This document shows positions 6,110 through 15,376 of a DNA stretch of 59,096 nucleotides, in pieces. A model generated the notes under the pieces. The model searched no databases and had not been told where the DNA came from. It saw only the letters and a program-made list of their open reading frames with translations. Position numbers and translations under genes: made by a program. Where the stretch lies: NCBI GenBank assembly GCA_913009315.1, contig CAJVZA010000002.1:1-59096 (forward strand), in the 5' to 3' direction. Numbering within the stretch: the stretch's first letter is position 1; each line of letters opens with the position of its first letter. This DNA comes from an uncultured Hippea sp. (GTDB lineage: Bacteria; Campylobacterota_A; Desulfurellia; JAADFJ01).

Positions 6110-7899
6110 ACAAATTATCCCGCATAAGAAATTTTTCAATTATTGCTCATATTGATCACGGAAAATCAACGCTTGCGGATAGGCTTATTGAGCTTACCGG
6201 AACTGTAAAAAAGCGTGATATGAAAGAGCAGCTTCTTGACAGTATGGAACTTGAAAGGGAGCGCGGAATAACTATAAAATCGCAAACGGTTTTAATGCGA
6301 TATCTGTATAATAATGAAAATTATTACCTTAATATGATTGATACACCCGGGCATGTAGATTTTTCTTATGAAGTATCGAGAGCTCTGAGAGCGAGCGAAG
6401 GAGTCCTTCTTGTGGTTGATGCGACGCAGGGGGTGCAGGCCCAAACAATTGCAAATGCGTATATGGCGATTGAAGCAGGATGCAAAGTGATACCGGTGAT
6501 AAACAAGATAGATCTTCAGAGCGCAGATGTCGAAGCATGCAGGGAACAGATACATTCTATGATCGGAATAGATGCAGCCGAAGCAATAGAGATTTCTGCT
6601 AAATCCGGAAAGGGCGTTGACCGGATAATAACATCAATCATAGAGCAGATTCCTCCGCCTGCCGGTGATAAGACAGCTCCCCTAAAATCACTTATTGTTG
6701 ATTCCTGGTACGATAATTACAAAGGCGTAGTTATGGTTACGAGGATTATAGATGGAAGCATCAAACCGGAAGACAAGCTTTTTTTGATGGGTACTATGAC
6801 AGAACTGACAGCAGCAGAGGTAGGCGTTTTTAAGCCTAAACCGGTTCCCATTGGTGAGCTTTCCACCGGAATGGTAGGATATGTTGCAAGCGGTATAAAG
6901 GATATTTCTCTTGCGAGAGTGGGAGATACGCTTACACGCTGCAATAATCGCACAAAGAAAAAGATAGTAGGATATTCCGAAGCAAAACCGATTGTTTTTG
7001 CCGGAATCTATCCTGAGAATCCTGAAAATTACGATAAACTTAAGGAAGCGATTAAAAAACTAAAACTAAACGATGCGGCAATCAGTTATGAGCCTGAAAC
7101 ATCAAACAGCCTTGGTTTTGGTTTTCGCTGCGGATTTCTGGGCATGCTTCATCTTGATATTTCAAAAGAACGAATTGAAAGAGAGCATGGCATACCGATA
7201 GTTGTTACATCTCCAACTGTTGCATATCATATCTATTATACTGATGAATCGGAAGGCTATGCGGTAAGTCCCAACGATTTTGATGACCGGTCCAGAATAA
7301 GATTTATAAAAGAACCGATTGTCAAAATTACAATACTTGTGCCTTCTCGCTTCATAGGCAATATAATGAAACTGCTTGATGAGCGAAGAGGCATACAAAA
7401 AGAAATTGAATATATAACCGAAAGGCAGGCAAAACTTGTTTATACTGTACCTCTTTCCGAAATAATTACCGATTTTTATGATAACTTGAAATCGTTATCA
7501 AAGGGCATGGCAAGTTTTGATTATGAGCAGCACGAAGAACAACGGAGCGATTTGGTAAAAGTCGATATACTGATAAATGGAAATAAAACGGATTCTCTGT
7601 CTTTTGTTTCGGTAAGACAAAAAGTTTACAGCAGCAGTCGGGAAATACTGGAAAAACTGAGAGCCTTAATCCCCAGGCAGCTTTTTGAGGTATCAATTCA
7701 GGCGGCGATAGGCGGTAAAATTATCGCCAAGGAGCGCATAGCTCCCTTGAGAAAAAATGTGACATCGAAATGCTATGGAGGCGATATAACGCGCAAAAGA
7801 AAACTGCTCGAGAAACAGAAAGAAGGGAAAAAACGAATGAAAAAGCTTGGAAAGGTTTTAATACCAACCGAAGCATTTATTACATTGTTAAGGAGATAA
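6106..7899 (+). CDS. lepA: elongation factor 4 (LepA)
   Basis: 597 aa. IRNFSIIAHIDHGKSTLADRL, DTPGHVDF and NKIDL are the GTPase motifs, with a LepA C-terminal domain. TTG start. Confidence 0.95.
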   Translation: MNKLSRIRNFSIIAHIDHGKSTLADRLIELTGTVKKRDMKEQLLDSMELERERGITIKSQTVLMRYLYNNENYYLNMIDTPGHVDFSYEVSRALRASEGVLLVVDATQGVQAQTIANAYMAIEAGCKVIPVINKIDLQSADVEACREQIHSMIGIDAAEAIEISAKSGKGVDRIITSIIEQIPPPAGDKTAPLKSLIVDSWYDNYKGVVMVTRIIDGSIKPEDKLFLMGTMTELTAAEVGVFKPKPVPIGELSTGMVGYVASGIKDISLARVGDTLTRCNNRTKKKIVGYSEAKPIVFAGIYPENPENYDKLKEAIKKLKLNDAAISYEPETSNSLGFGFRCGFLGMLHLDISKERIEREHGIPIVVTSPTVAYHIYYTDESEGYAVSPNDFDDRSRIRFIKEPIVKITILVPSRFIGNIMKLLDERRGIQKEIEYITERQAKLVYTVPLSEIITDFYDNLKSLSKGMASFDYEQHEEQRSDLVKVDILINGNKTDSLSFVSVRQKVYSSSREILEKLRALIPRQLFEVSIQAAIGGKIIAKERIAPLRKNVTSKCYGGDITRKRKLLEKQKEGKKRMKKLGKVLIPTEAFITLLRR

Positions 7900-7900
7900 A

Positions 7901-8533
7901 ATGAAAAAACTGACTAAGGAAAAATGGATCAGCAATATCAAATCAATTGTTTGGGCACTTATCATAGCTCTGTTTTTAAGAACATTCGTTGTGGAAGCGT
8001 TCAAAATTCCTTCCGGTTCTATGATACCGACGCTGCTAATCGGTGATCATCTTTTTGTAGAGAAATTTGCTTATGGAATAAAACTGCCGATTATTGATGT
8101 GAAAATAATACCTATAGGAGAACCGAAACATGATAATATTGTGGTATTTAGATATCCTGTCAATCCATCAATCTATTTTATCAAAAGAATCATCGGAATT
8201 CCCGGCGATACGCTTCAAATGATAAATAAAAGATTGTATCGTAACGGAAAGCTGATTAATGAACCGTTTGTTCAGCATACTGATGATCAGATAGATCCTC
8301 CCAATATGCCTGCCGGCCGTTTTGGTTCACGGGATAATTGGGGTCCGATAATTGTTCCAAAGAAGAGCTATTTTGTTATGGGAGATAATAGGGATGAATC
8401 ATATGACAGCAGATTTTGGGGATATGTGCCTGAAAAAAATCTGGTAGGCAAGGCCTTATTTATATATTTTTCCGACATAAATGGAGACCCGTTTAATGTC
8501 AGATGGAAAAGAATATTTAAAACAGTGCATTAG
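7901..8533 (+). CDS. lepB: signal peptidase I
   Basis: IPSGSMIPTL (catalytic Ser box), KRIIGIPGD and GDNRDESYDSRFWG are the S26 signature boxes. Confidence 0.92.
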   Translation: MKKLTKEKWISNIKSIVWALIIALFLRTFVVEAFKIPSGSMIPTLLIGDHLFVEKFAYGIKLPIIDVKIIPIGEPKHDNIVVFRYPVNPSIYFIKRIIGIPGDTLQMINKRLYRNGKLINEPFVQHTDDQIDPPNMPAGRFGSRDNWGPIIVPKKSYFVMGDNRDESYDSRFWGYVPEKNLVGKALFIYFSDINGDPFNVRWKRIFKTVH

Positions 8534-8536
8534 TCT

Positions 8537-9094
8537 ATGATCCCGAATATAGTTACATCCGTTAGAATCGTTTTGGCGCCATTCATTCTGATAGCGCTGT
8601 CGCACAACAATTTTTATCTGTTTTTTATTTTGATGTCAATTGCAGCCGCTAGTGATATGATTGACGGGATGCTTGCAAGAATGCTTAATCAGAGAACAGT
8701 TGTAGGTCAACTGCTTGATCCCTTGGCCGATAAATTTTTGATCGATTCCCTTTTCCTTGCACTTTATATGCGCGGCAGTGTGCCTGTATGGATTGCACTT
8801 ATTGTAATTCTCAGAGATGGTATACTTGTAGCAGGTATAGCATTAATCGCCATTATACGTTTTATCAAGGGGATTCCGATAGACGAATCTTCGTGGAAAA
8901 AATTAACACCGTCTCATATAAGTAAGCTTAACACGTTTTTCCAGATATTAACCATAGTGGCTGCACTTGTTAGGATAAAATATCAGTTCCCGGGCTTGAT
9001 GACACTGTTTTTCATCACAGCTTTGCTGACTATTCTGTCTATGATACACTATGTTATCAGGGGAATAAACTGGGGTTTTGTATTAAGCGATTAA
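8537..9094 (+). CDS. CDP-alcohol phosphatidyltransferase family protein (PgsA-like)
   Basis: DMIDGMLARMLNQRTVVGQLLDPLADK matches D-G-x2-A-R-x8-G-x3-D-x3-D. Multiple TM segments. Confidence 0.8.
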   Translation: MIPNIVTSVRIVLAPFILIALSHNNFYLFFILMSIAAASDMIDGMLARMLNQRTVVGQLLDPLADKFLIDSLFLALYMRGSVPVWIALIVILRDGILVAGIALIAIIRFIKGIPIDESSWKKLTPSHISKLNTFFQILTIVAALVRIKYQFPGLMTLFFITALLTILSMIHYVIRGINWGFVLSD

Positions 9095-9099
9095 TTTTT

Positions 9100-9546
9100 T
9101 TAAATACCTGTCAACTTATTGAAGTGTCTTTTTAGAAAAAATTTTATAATCAGGTAACAGATAACTGCTGTGGGAACACCCAGTACAATGCTTCCAATGG
9201 AGACAGGAATCAAGATAGCTGAACTCAGCGAAAGATAATGCTCCATGGTAAACGGTTTTAATGAAAATGCAGCACCATTGATATCAACGATATAAGCGCC
9301 TATTTTGTAGTCTATGTAATAAATTATAGGTGTGGTCAAGGGATTATTGAACCAGGTTCCTAAAATGGCAGATGCTCTGTTGATTTTGAAAATTGTTGAA
9401 AATATGGCTGCTAAAATCATATGAAATCCAAAGGTAGGTGTAATAGATATAAAAACTCCTGTTGCAAAACCGAGGGCGATTTTTTTTACAGATCCATATT
9501 GTATCATCAGAGTCTTGAGCAGATGGAAAATATTTTTTATATACAA
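9100..9546 (-). CDS. DUF2062-family membrane protein
   Basis: KKIALGFATGVFISITPTFGFHMILAAIFSTIFKINRASAILGTWFNNPLT resembles DUF2062. Confidence 0.6.
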   Translation of the reverse strand: MYIKNIFHLLKTLMIQYGSVKKIALGFATGVFISITPTFGFHMILAAIFSTIFKINRASAILGTWFNNPLTTPIIYYIDYKIGAYIVDINGAAFSLKPFTMEHYLSLSSAILIPVSIGSIVLGVPTAVICYLIIKFFLKRHFNKLTGI

Positions 9547-9548
9547 AC

Positions 9549-10133
9549 CTACGCCTTTTTTTTCTTGCGGAAAAGTGTCTTTAGAGAAATAGTTTGGTGC
9601 TTGTTTAATTCCTCAAGCATTTTTAATGCTTTTTTGTTATTTCGATCCCATTTGATTGCTTTTTGTAATACAGCTGCTGCACGGCTCTTAAGGCCTATAT
9701 TTTTATAAATAGAGGCAAGTTCCAGCAATGCGTGAATGTTGTACGGTTCCTCATCTATAACCTTTTTTAAATACTCTTCAGCATCATGAAGCTTGCCGAA
9801 TTCTTTCATTATTTTTGCATACAACAAATTGGCAGCCATATCATTTTTGTTATTCAGCAGGTAATTTCTGAGAATGGCGCTGCTTCTGGTGTACATTTTC
9901 CGCTTATACAAGCTATGTGCCGCGGCAACTTCCATTTTTTTGTCTTTATCTGCTTTTATTTTGGTTGAGTTTTTAATAATATTGTTATAGGCCTCTTGCA
10001 TGACTAAAAACTTTTCTATATCGCCGCCGGCATCAGGGTGATATCTTTTGGCAAGTCGTATGTATGCACTGTGAATTTCGCTCTTTGATGAATTATCAGG
10101 AATTTCAAGTATCCTATAATATTTCTTTGTCAT
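9549..10133 (-). CDS. J-domain (DnaJ-like) protein with TPR repeats
   Basis: YYRILEIPDNSSKSEIHSAYIRLAKRYHPD is a J-domain with the HPD motif. The C-terminal half is TPR-like (AEEYLKKVIDEEPYNIHALLELASIY). Confidence 0.75.
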   Translation of the reverse strand: MTKKYYRILEIPDNSSKSEIHSAYIRLAKRYHPDAGGDIEKFLVMQEAYNNIIKNSTKIKADKDKKMEVAAAHSLYKRKMYTRSSAILRNYLLNNKNDMAANLLYAKIMKEFGKLHDAEEYLKKVIDEEPYNIHALLELASIYKNIGLKSRAAAVLQKAIKWDRNNKKALKMLEELNKHQTISLKTLFRKKKKA

Positions 10134-10977
10134 TTAGGGACATCATATTTTTCAGTTTGTTAATGGCTTCGTTTTCAATCTGTCTGACGCGTTCTTTGCT
10201 GATTTTTAGATTTTCCCCGATTTCCCTTAATGTGGCGGGATTTTTGCCGTCAAGTCCGTATCTTCTGGTCAAGATCATCCGGCTTCTTTCGGGAAGAAGC
10301 TTGATTGATTTTGTCATATTGGAGATTGCCGATTTCATAATCGCCTGATCCTCGGCTGATTTCAGATCACTTTTGATGAAGTCTATAAATTTGTCATCAG
10401 ACGTCGGTGTAATTTTATCATCGAGGGAGTATGCATATTTTTGAATATTAGTCAGCATCCCGATATCTTTTGTGGAAAATCCTGTAGAATCCTGAAGTTC
10501 TTCCGTTGATGCGCTTCTGCCATGTTCTTTTAAAAAAGATGATCGTTCCATATTGATTTTTCTTAATTTTGTAATCTGTTTGGGCGGGATTTTTGTTGAA
10601 AATCCCTTTTCTGCCAATGCCTGGAGGATCGATTGTCTTATCCACCATACCGCATAGCTTATAAATTTGACATTTCTGCCCGGGTCAAAACGTCTCGCCG
10701 CCTGAATAAGTCCTATGTTGCCTTCACTTATTAAATCGACCAGCGGCAGACCGAATCTTTTGTATTTGAGTGCAATAGTTACGACAAAACGAAGATTTGC
10801 TTCCACCAATTTTCTAAGCGCATCGTTATCTCCCTGTTGTATTTTTTTGCCCAACTCTATTTCTTTATCTCTGGATATCAGATCAATCTCCTTGATACGT
10901 TTGAAATAGACAGACAATGTTTCCGAAAATTCATCATGAATTTTATCCATATTGATTTTTGTCATTTTTTCTTTCAT
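10114..10977 (-). CDS. sigma-70 family RNA polymerase sigma factor (regions 2-4)
   Basis: ANLRFVVTIALKYKRFGLPLVDLISEGNIGLIQAARRFDP..FISYAVWWIRQSI is region 2. The C-terminal TLREIGENLKISKERVRQIENEAINKL is the region 4.2 HTH. Confidence 0.85.
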   Translation of the reverse strand: MKEKMTKINMDKIHDEFSETLSVYFKRIKEIDLISRDKEIELGKKIQQGDNDALRKLVEANLRFVVTIALKYKRFGLPLVDLISEGNIGLIQAARRFDPGRNVKFISYAVWWIRQSILQALAEKGFSTKIPPKQITKLRKINMERSSFLKEHGRSASTEELQDSTGFSTKDIGMLTNIQKYAYSLDDKITPTSDDKFIDFIKSDLKSAEDQAIMKSAISNMTKSIKLLPERSRMILTRRYGLDGKNPATLREIGENLKISKERVRQIENEAINKLKNMMSLNDKEIL

Positions 10978-11074
10978 AAGTCTTTATCTTTTAGTCTATC
11001 TTACTCAATATGTCAATATAATATTATTCCTTCGCAGTTATTTATGGATACCTCTGTTAATTTATGAACGATGC

Positions 11075-11095
11075 TAAGACCGCTGCGCAATAAAC
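11075..11095 (+). repeat. solo degenerate family-1 TIR
   Basis: TAAGACCGCTGCGCAATAAAC compared with TGAGACCACTGCGCAATAAGC. Confidence 0.55.
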
Positions 11096-11106
11096 ATCCG
11101 ACAAGG

Positions 11107-11134
11107 TTGATGAAATTATGATTTTGTGTAGAAT
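11107..11134 (+). promoter_or_regulatory. candidate sigma-70 promoter upstream of the queC leader
   Basis: TTGATG, a 16-nt spacer, then TAGAAT. The TTTTGTGTAGAATGGAA module resembles the strong promoter at 19049-19077. Confidence 0.4.
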
Positions 11135-11140
11135 GGAAGA

Positions 11141-11411
11141 TTATGAGACCACTGCGCAATAAGCACCTTCACAGCTTTATCAGGTTTTCTATAGGCAAGG
11201 CAAACTTCCGCAGCATTAACAGGTTAATTCAAGGAAGTTTAACGAAGCATATGGGAAACCTGATAAAGCCCATAGGGAAGCCGGATAAAGGGCAATCTTC
11301 AATAAATTACAATTTTCAAACTAACCGGTTAGTCCCTCAAATTTTAATCTTTAAATCTTGCCCTTTCTTTGACTTCTGTGGATGCGCTTATTGCGCAGTG
11401 GTCTCATTATG
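11141..11411. mobile_element. MITE-like element (family 1), ~270 nt, with ~24-nt TIRs
   Basis: The left end is TTATGAGACCACTGCGCAATAAGC and the right end is GCTTATTGCGCAGTGGTCTCATTAT. TA dinucleotides flank both ends. The interior has long stems (CTTTATCAGGTTT/GGAAACCTGATAAAG; AAAGGGCAA/TTGCCCTTT). Confidence 0.75.
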
Positions 11412-12101
11412 AATGCATTGCTGCTTTTCTCGGGAGGTCTTGATTCAACAACTCTGTTATACTGTATAAGGAAGCGGTTTGACAGCATAACTGCACTAAC
11501 CTTTGATTACGGTCAGCGGCACTCCCTTGAAATAGAGATGTCGAAAAAAGTTTTGAATGAATCGGATATTAGTACGGTTTCGCAGATAATTTTTAAGATT
11601 GATCTTTCGCAGATAGGCGGGTCTGCGCTGACTGATCTTTCTATAAATATTCCCGATATTCCTGTGAATCGCATAGGAGAACAAATTCCGATAACCTATG
11701 TACCGTTTAGAAATGGGATTTTTCTCTCTGTTGCGGCGGCTTTGGCTGAAAAAGAGGAGATAAAAACGATAATAGGCGGATGGAATCAGCTTGATTATAG
11801 CGGTTATCCCGATTGCAGGACGGATTTTATAGCATCTATGGAAAAAAGTATTAATCTGGGTACAAAAACCGGCAGCATCGGGCATAAGATAAAAATTTTG
11901 GCGCCATTGATACATCTATCAAAAAAGGAGATAATACTGCTTGGCAAAAAAAATGAAGCAGACTACTCATACAGCTATTCATGTTATAATGGAGATCCTG
12001 TTCCCTGCGGATATTGCGACAGCTGCAAGCTGAGAGCGGCGGCATTCAGCGAGGCGGGCATCAAAGATGATTATCTTGCAAGGATATCGAAGAATCAGTA
12101 G
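11409..12101 (+). CDS. queC: 7-cyano-7-deazaguanine synthase
   Basis: MNALLLFSGGLDSTTLLY (PP-loop SGGxDS) and the C-terminal Zn-Cys cluster CYNGDPVPCGYCDSCKLR. The likely start is the ATG at 11409 within ORF 11382..12101. Confidence 0.9.
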   Translation: MNALLLFSGGLDSTTLLYCIRKRFDSITALTFDYGQRHSLEIEMSKKVLNESDISTVSQIIFKIDLSQIGGSALTDLSINIPDIPVNRIGEQIPITYVPFRNGIFLSVAAALAEKEEIKTIIGGWNQLDYSGYPDCRTDFIASMEKSINLGTKTGSIGHKIKILAPLIHLSKKEIILLGKKNEADYSYSYSCYNGDPVPCGYCDSCKLRAAAFSEAGIKDDYLARISKNQ

Positions 12102-12112
12102 AGATTGCTAAA

Positions 12113-13579
12113 TTGCCATCGCTAAGCAAGCAGTTTATCGTTGTAACGGTACCTACATTAATAAGCAGAATAGCCGGATTTTTCAGAGATCTTATAATTG
12201 CCTCAATTTTTGGTTCCACGGGTACGACCGATCTATTCTTTATTGCTCTTCGAGCGCCAAATATTTTAAGACGCTTATTTGGAGAGGGCACTCTTTCCCA
12301 ATCTGTCGTGCCGATTCTCGCTAAAGCCGACAAAAAAGAATTTGAATCAATTGCAAAATCGCTCAACAGTATAGGAATTTTGCTTCTATTGCTGATTTCC
12401 GCTGCCGGAGCTCTGTTTCCCGAGGCCGTGATTTCGGTTCTGGCGCCGGGCATTTTAGGCGATCATGCAAGATCAAAAATTGCGTTTGATATGATACGAA
12501 TCAGTTTTCCATATCTGTTTTTTATCGGTTTTTCGGTATTGATAGCCGCATCGCTTAATGCTAAAAAACGGTTTTTAATTCCTGCGGCAAGTCCTATAAT
12601 GCTCAATGTTGCCATTATCTCGGCAGCTCTGACAGCATACATTTTTCATCTGCAGATTATTATTTTGTGCTGGGGAATAATAGCCGGAGGTATAATTCAG
12701 CTTGCAATGCATCTATCTGCAGCGTTAATTTATCGTATACCTTTATTATTGAGTTTTAGGATTAACGACAATCTGAAACTTATAGGCAGTAGAATGATTC
12801 CGGCGCTTATAGCAACGGGAGCTATGCAGATTTCAACCTGGGCCGATACAATTATAGCAAGCTTTTTGAAGCAGGGAGCTATTTCGACGCTATTTTATGC
12901 CAATAGAATCATTCAGCTTCCGCTTGCTCTTATAGCTATCAGTTTTTCTACGATTCTAATACCGCATTTATCTTCAAAATCCAGTGAAGCTGCAAGAGAA
13001 TCAACACGGGATATGCTGCCTAAGTTTATTGTACTGTTTTTTCTCATTTCATTTTTTATCATGATAGCTGGAAAACTTATAGCGGGAATTATTTTTGAAA
13101 GAGGGGCGTTCAGTGTCATAGATACGCAAAAGGTTTATTATGCACTAATTTTTTATGCTCCCAGTCTTTTTGCATATTCTATTATACGAATAATTACCCC
13201 GCTGTTTTATGCGGAAGGCGATACGAAAACCCCGAGCAGACTGAGCATAATCGGTGTTGTCCTGACAATAATTTTTGCAATTATTTTATCAATCAGATTT
13301 GGCTATGTAGGTATTGCTGCAGGTACAAGCATAGGCGCAACGGTTAATCTTATTATGCTGATTAAAGAGTTGACTAAGCGTGGAGTGAGACTAAAACTGC
13401 CGATTATCAGAATGCTGCTTTTTGTTGCGATTGTAACTATTTTGGTCGTTTTTACTCATCATCCTTATCCGGCGTTGTTTATAGATAAACTATTTCAGCT
13501 TGCCTTGTCTGCAGCTATCTTTTCCGGACTTTCTGCGGTCTTTTTCGGAAAAGTCCTAAAGAAATTTCTTCGAATGTAA
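12113..13579 (+). CDS. murJ: lipid II flippase MurJ (MviN)
   Basis: 488 aa polytopic protein. ISRIAGFFRDLIIASIFGSTGTTDLFFIALRAPNILRRLFGEG is the MurJ N-terminal signature. TTG start. Confidence 0.9.
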   Translation: MPSLSKQFIVVTVPTLISRIAGFFRDLIIASIFGSTGTTDLFFIALRAPNILRRLFGEGTLSQSVVPILAKADKKEFESIAKSLNSIGILLLLLISAAGALFPEAVISVLAPGILGDHARSKIAFDMIRISFPYLFFIGFSVLIAASLNAKKRFLIPAASPIMLNVAIISAALTAYIFHLQIIILCWGIIAGGIIQLAMHLSAALIYRIPLLLSFRINDNLKLIGSRMIPALIATGAMQISTWADTIIASFLKQGAISTLFYANRIIQLPLALIAISFSTILIPHLSSKSSEAARESTRDMLPKFIVLFFLISFFIMIAGKLIAGIIFERGAFSVIDTQKVYYALIFYAPSLFAYSIIRIITPLFYAEGDTKTPSRLSIIGVVLTIIFAIILSIRFGYVGIAAGTSIGATVNLIMLIKELTKRGVRLKLPIIRMLLFVAIVTILVVFTHHPYPALFIDKLFQLALSAAIFSGLSAVFFGKVLKKFLRM

Positions 13580-14636
13580 TTTTAGCAAGTACTATTGCAA
13601 TAATCAGAAAAATAATGTCCGGAAGCCACATAAGCTGAGCAATTCCAAGCGAATTTGCGGCTTTCCCCGAAAATATCATGATAATGTAATAGATGATAAA
13701 AAGAAGCAGGCTTATACCGTATGCTCCGGATTTTCCTGAGCGGGGCAGGTGAATTCCGAGGCACATTCCAATTATGCTAAAAATAAAAACCGATAATATG
13801 GATGCGATATGCTTATTTATGAAAATTTTGAAATGAAGTCTCTCTTTGTTCGATGCCGCACGATATTTGATAAGTTTACCAAGATTCATATAGCTTGGAT
13901 TTACGGCAATGTCTGTCTGCAGGAAAGGCTTAAAATTTTCTATTTTTAGATTCATGGATGAGAAATCCTCCAGAATTTCTTTGTCCGGATTAAAAATGGT
14001 TCCGCTGTATATCTTAAAGAACAGCGAGTTTTTTAGTGAAAACAGTCTGCCGTGACCGGCAAAAATTATTGATTTTGTCTTCTTATTTTTTTTTTCTACA
14101 AAAAGATTTCTTAATGCTCCTTTACTATCAATATAATCTGCATAAATAACAAGGTTGGGTATTCTGTTGTAAAATATCTTTTCTTTAATAGATTCTGCAA
14201 TCGTTGTCTTGGTTATATCAAACAACGTTGCTTTGTATTTACCTTTACTGTAAGGAAGGGCATAAAAATTTATTATAAACTCGATTATGAAAATAGCGAC
14301 CGATATAACGAGAACAGGTTTTATAATTCTGGTAAATGTTATACCGCTTGTCCTCATTACGATAAATTCATTATTGGCTGCCAGGTATGAAAATAGCAGA
14401 AGCATTCCGGTTAAATGAGACATTGGAACCGCATAAAAAAGTGTAAAAATCGTAATATATGCAGTCAGTTTAAGTATGCTGACCGGATCGGCGCCAGGTG
14501 CAAATATTACAGAAAAATATTTTGCAAAATTTCCAAGAACAAGAATCGTCGATATGGCAAGCAGACTTAGAAGAAAAGGAAAGAGATAACTTTTATATAG
14601 ATATCTGTCGATTAAACTCCATTGCAGTACTTTTAT
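13515..14636 (-). CDS. LptF/LptG-family LPS export permease (YjgP/YjgQ)
   Basis: ORF 13515..14423 starts mid-protein. My in-frame upstream translation, with no stop until 14655-57, gives IKVLQWSLIDRYLYKSYLFPFLLSLLAISTILVLGNF...VPMSHL, the conserved LptF/G N-terminus. That stretch contains no ATG/GTG/TTG, so the start is uncertain. Confidence 0.7.
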   Translation of the reverse strand: MKVLQWSLIDRYLYKSYLFPFLLSLLAISTILVLGNFAKYFSVIFAPGADPVSILKLTAYITIFTLFYAVPMSHLTGMLLLFSYLAANNEFIVMRTSGITFTRIIKPVLVISVAIFIIEFIINFYALPYSKGKYKATLFDITKTTIAESIKEKIFYNRIPNLVIYADYIDSKGALRNLFVEKKNKKTKSIIFAGHGRLFSLKNSLFFKIYSGTIFNPDKEILEDFSSMNLKIENFKPFLQTDIAVNPSYMNLGKLIKYRAASNKERLHFKIFINKHIASILSVFIFSIIGMCLGIHLPRSGKSGAYGISLLLFIIYYIIMIFSGKAANSLGIAQLMWLPDIIFLIIAIVLAKITFEEISLGLFRKRPQKVRKR

Positions 14637-15376
14637 AACGGCCTCAGTAAAAAGTTAAAAAGTGACTGACCGAAAAATGGATAACAGATGGCAGCCAGAG
14701 AAAGAAACGGGCCAAAAGGTATTCTTTTTTTTCTAAAGATAAGAATAGCAGCTATGATTCCGAGTATCGATCCAAAAAAGAGAGTAAAGATCGCTCCTTT
14801 GATTCCCAGAAAAATCGATATGGCAAAAATTAGTTTTACATCACCAAATCCCAATGCTTCTTTTCCAACCGATTTTCCTACGACTAACCCCAGCATAAAC
14901 AGAAAAAGTGAAGCCGCTGCGGCAGAGACCAGCGCCCATGCCGTATAGGGAGGCAAAAAAAATGTAAAGAATAAACCGATTATCATTAAGGGATATGCAA
15001 GAAAATCCGGCAGGATATAGTGAAAAAAATCAATTGCAGAAAGCGCTATCAAGAACGCTGCAAACAGAATATATTTCAGCAGCGGCAGTGTTAATGAAAA
15101 TTTAAGATAGAAAATCAGAAAAATCAAAGCGGTGACTATTTCAACGGCAGGATAGATAGCAGAGATGGTTTCGCCGCACTTTCTGCATCTGCCGCGAAGC
15201 AGTAAAAAGCTTATGACGGGGATATTATCGTACCATTTTATGGTACTTCCGCATACCGTGCAATGTGATGCAGGTGTAACAATAGACTCATGTTTTGGCG
15301 TCCTGTAGATAATAACATTTAAAAAACTTCCGACAATAAGTCCAAAGATAAAAATAAAAGCGGCATCAAGTATCAT
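14633..15376 (-). CDS. pilD: prepilin peptidase / N-methyltransferase (A24 family)
   Basis: CTVCGSTIKWYDNIPVISFLLLRGRCRKCG is the N-terminal Cys box. GFGDVKL is the catalytic Asp motif. Confidence 0.9.
   Translation of the reverse strand: MILDAAFIFIFGLIVGSFLNVIIYRTPKHESIVTPASHCTVCGSTIKWYDNIPVISFLLLRGRCRKCGETISAIYPAVEIVTALIFLIFYLKFSLTLPLLKYILFAAFLIALSAIDFFHYILPDFLAYPLMIIGLFFTFFLPPYTAWALVSAAAASLFLFMLGLVVGKSVGKEALGFGDVKLIFAISIFLGIKGAIFTLFFGSILGIIAAILIFRKKRIPFGPFLSLAAICYPFFGQSLFNFLLRPL

Noticed and set aside
11141-11411. Possible preQ1 riboswitch in the queC leader
   Set aside because: I looked for the preQ1-I hairpin with a C-rich loop and A-rich tail ending in the SD, and for preQ1-II-like elements. 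Only weak resemblances turned up (GCCGGATAAAGGGCA; CCCTCAAATTTTAATC), without the required pairing partners. This needs a covariance-model search to settle.
11143-11412. 89-aa ORF upstream of queC
   Set aside because: It spans exactly the family-1 MITE from TIR to TIR (MRPLRNKH... to ...AYCAVVSL) and has no SD or recognisable domain. It is a by-product of the repeat.
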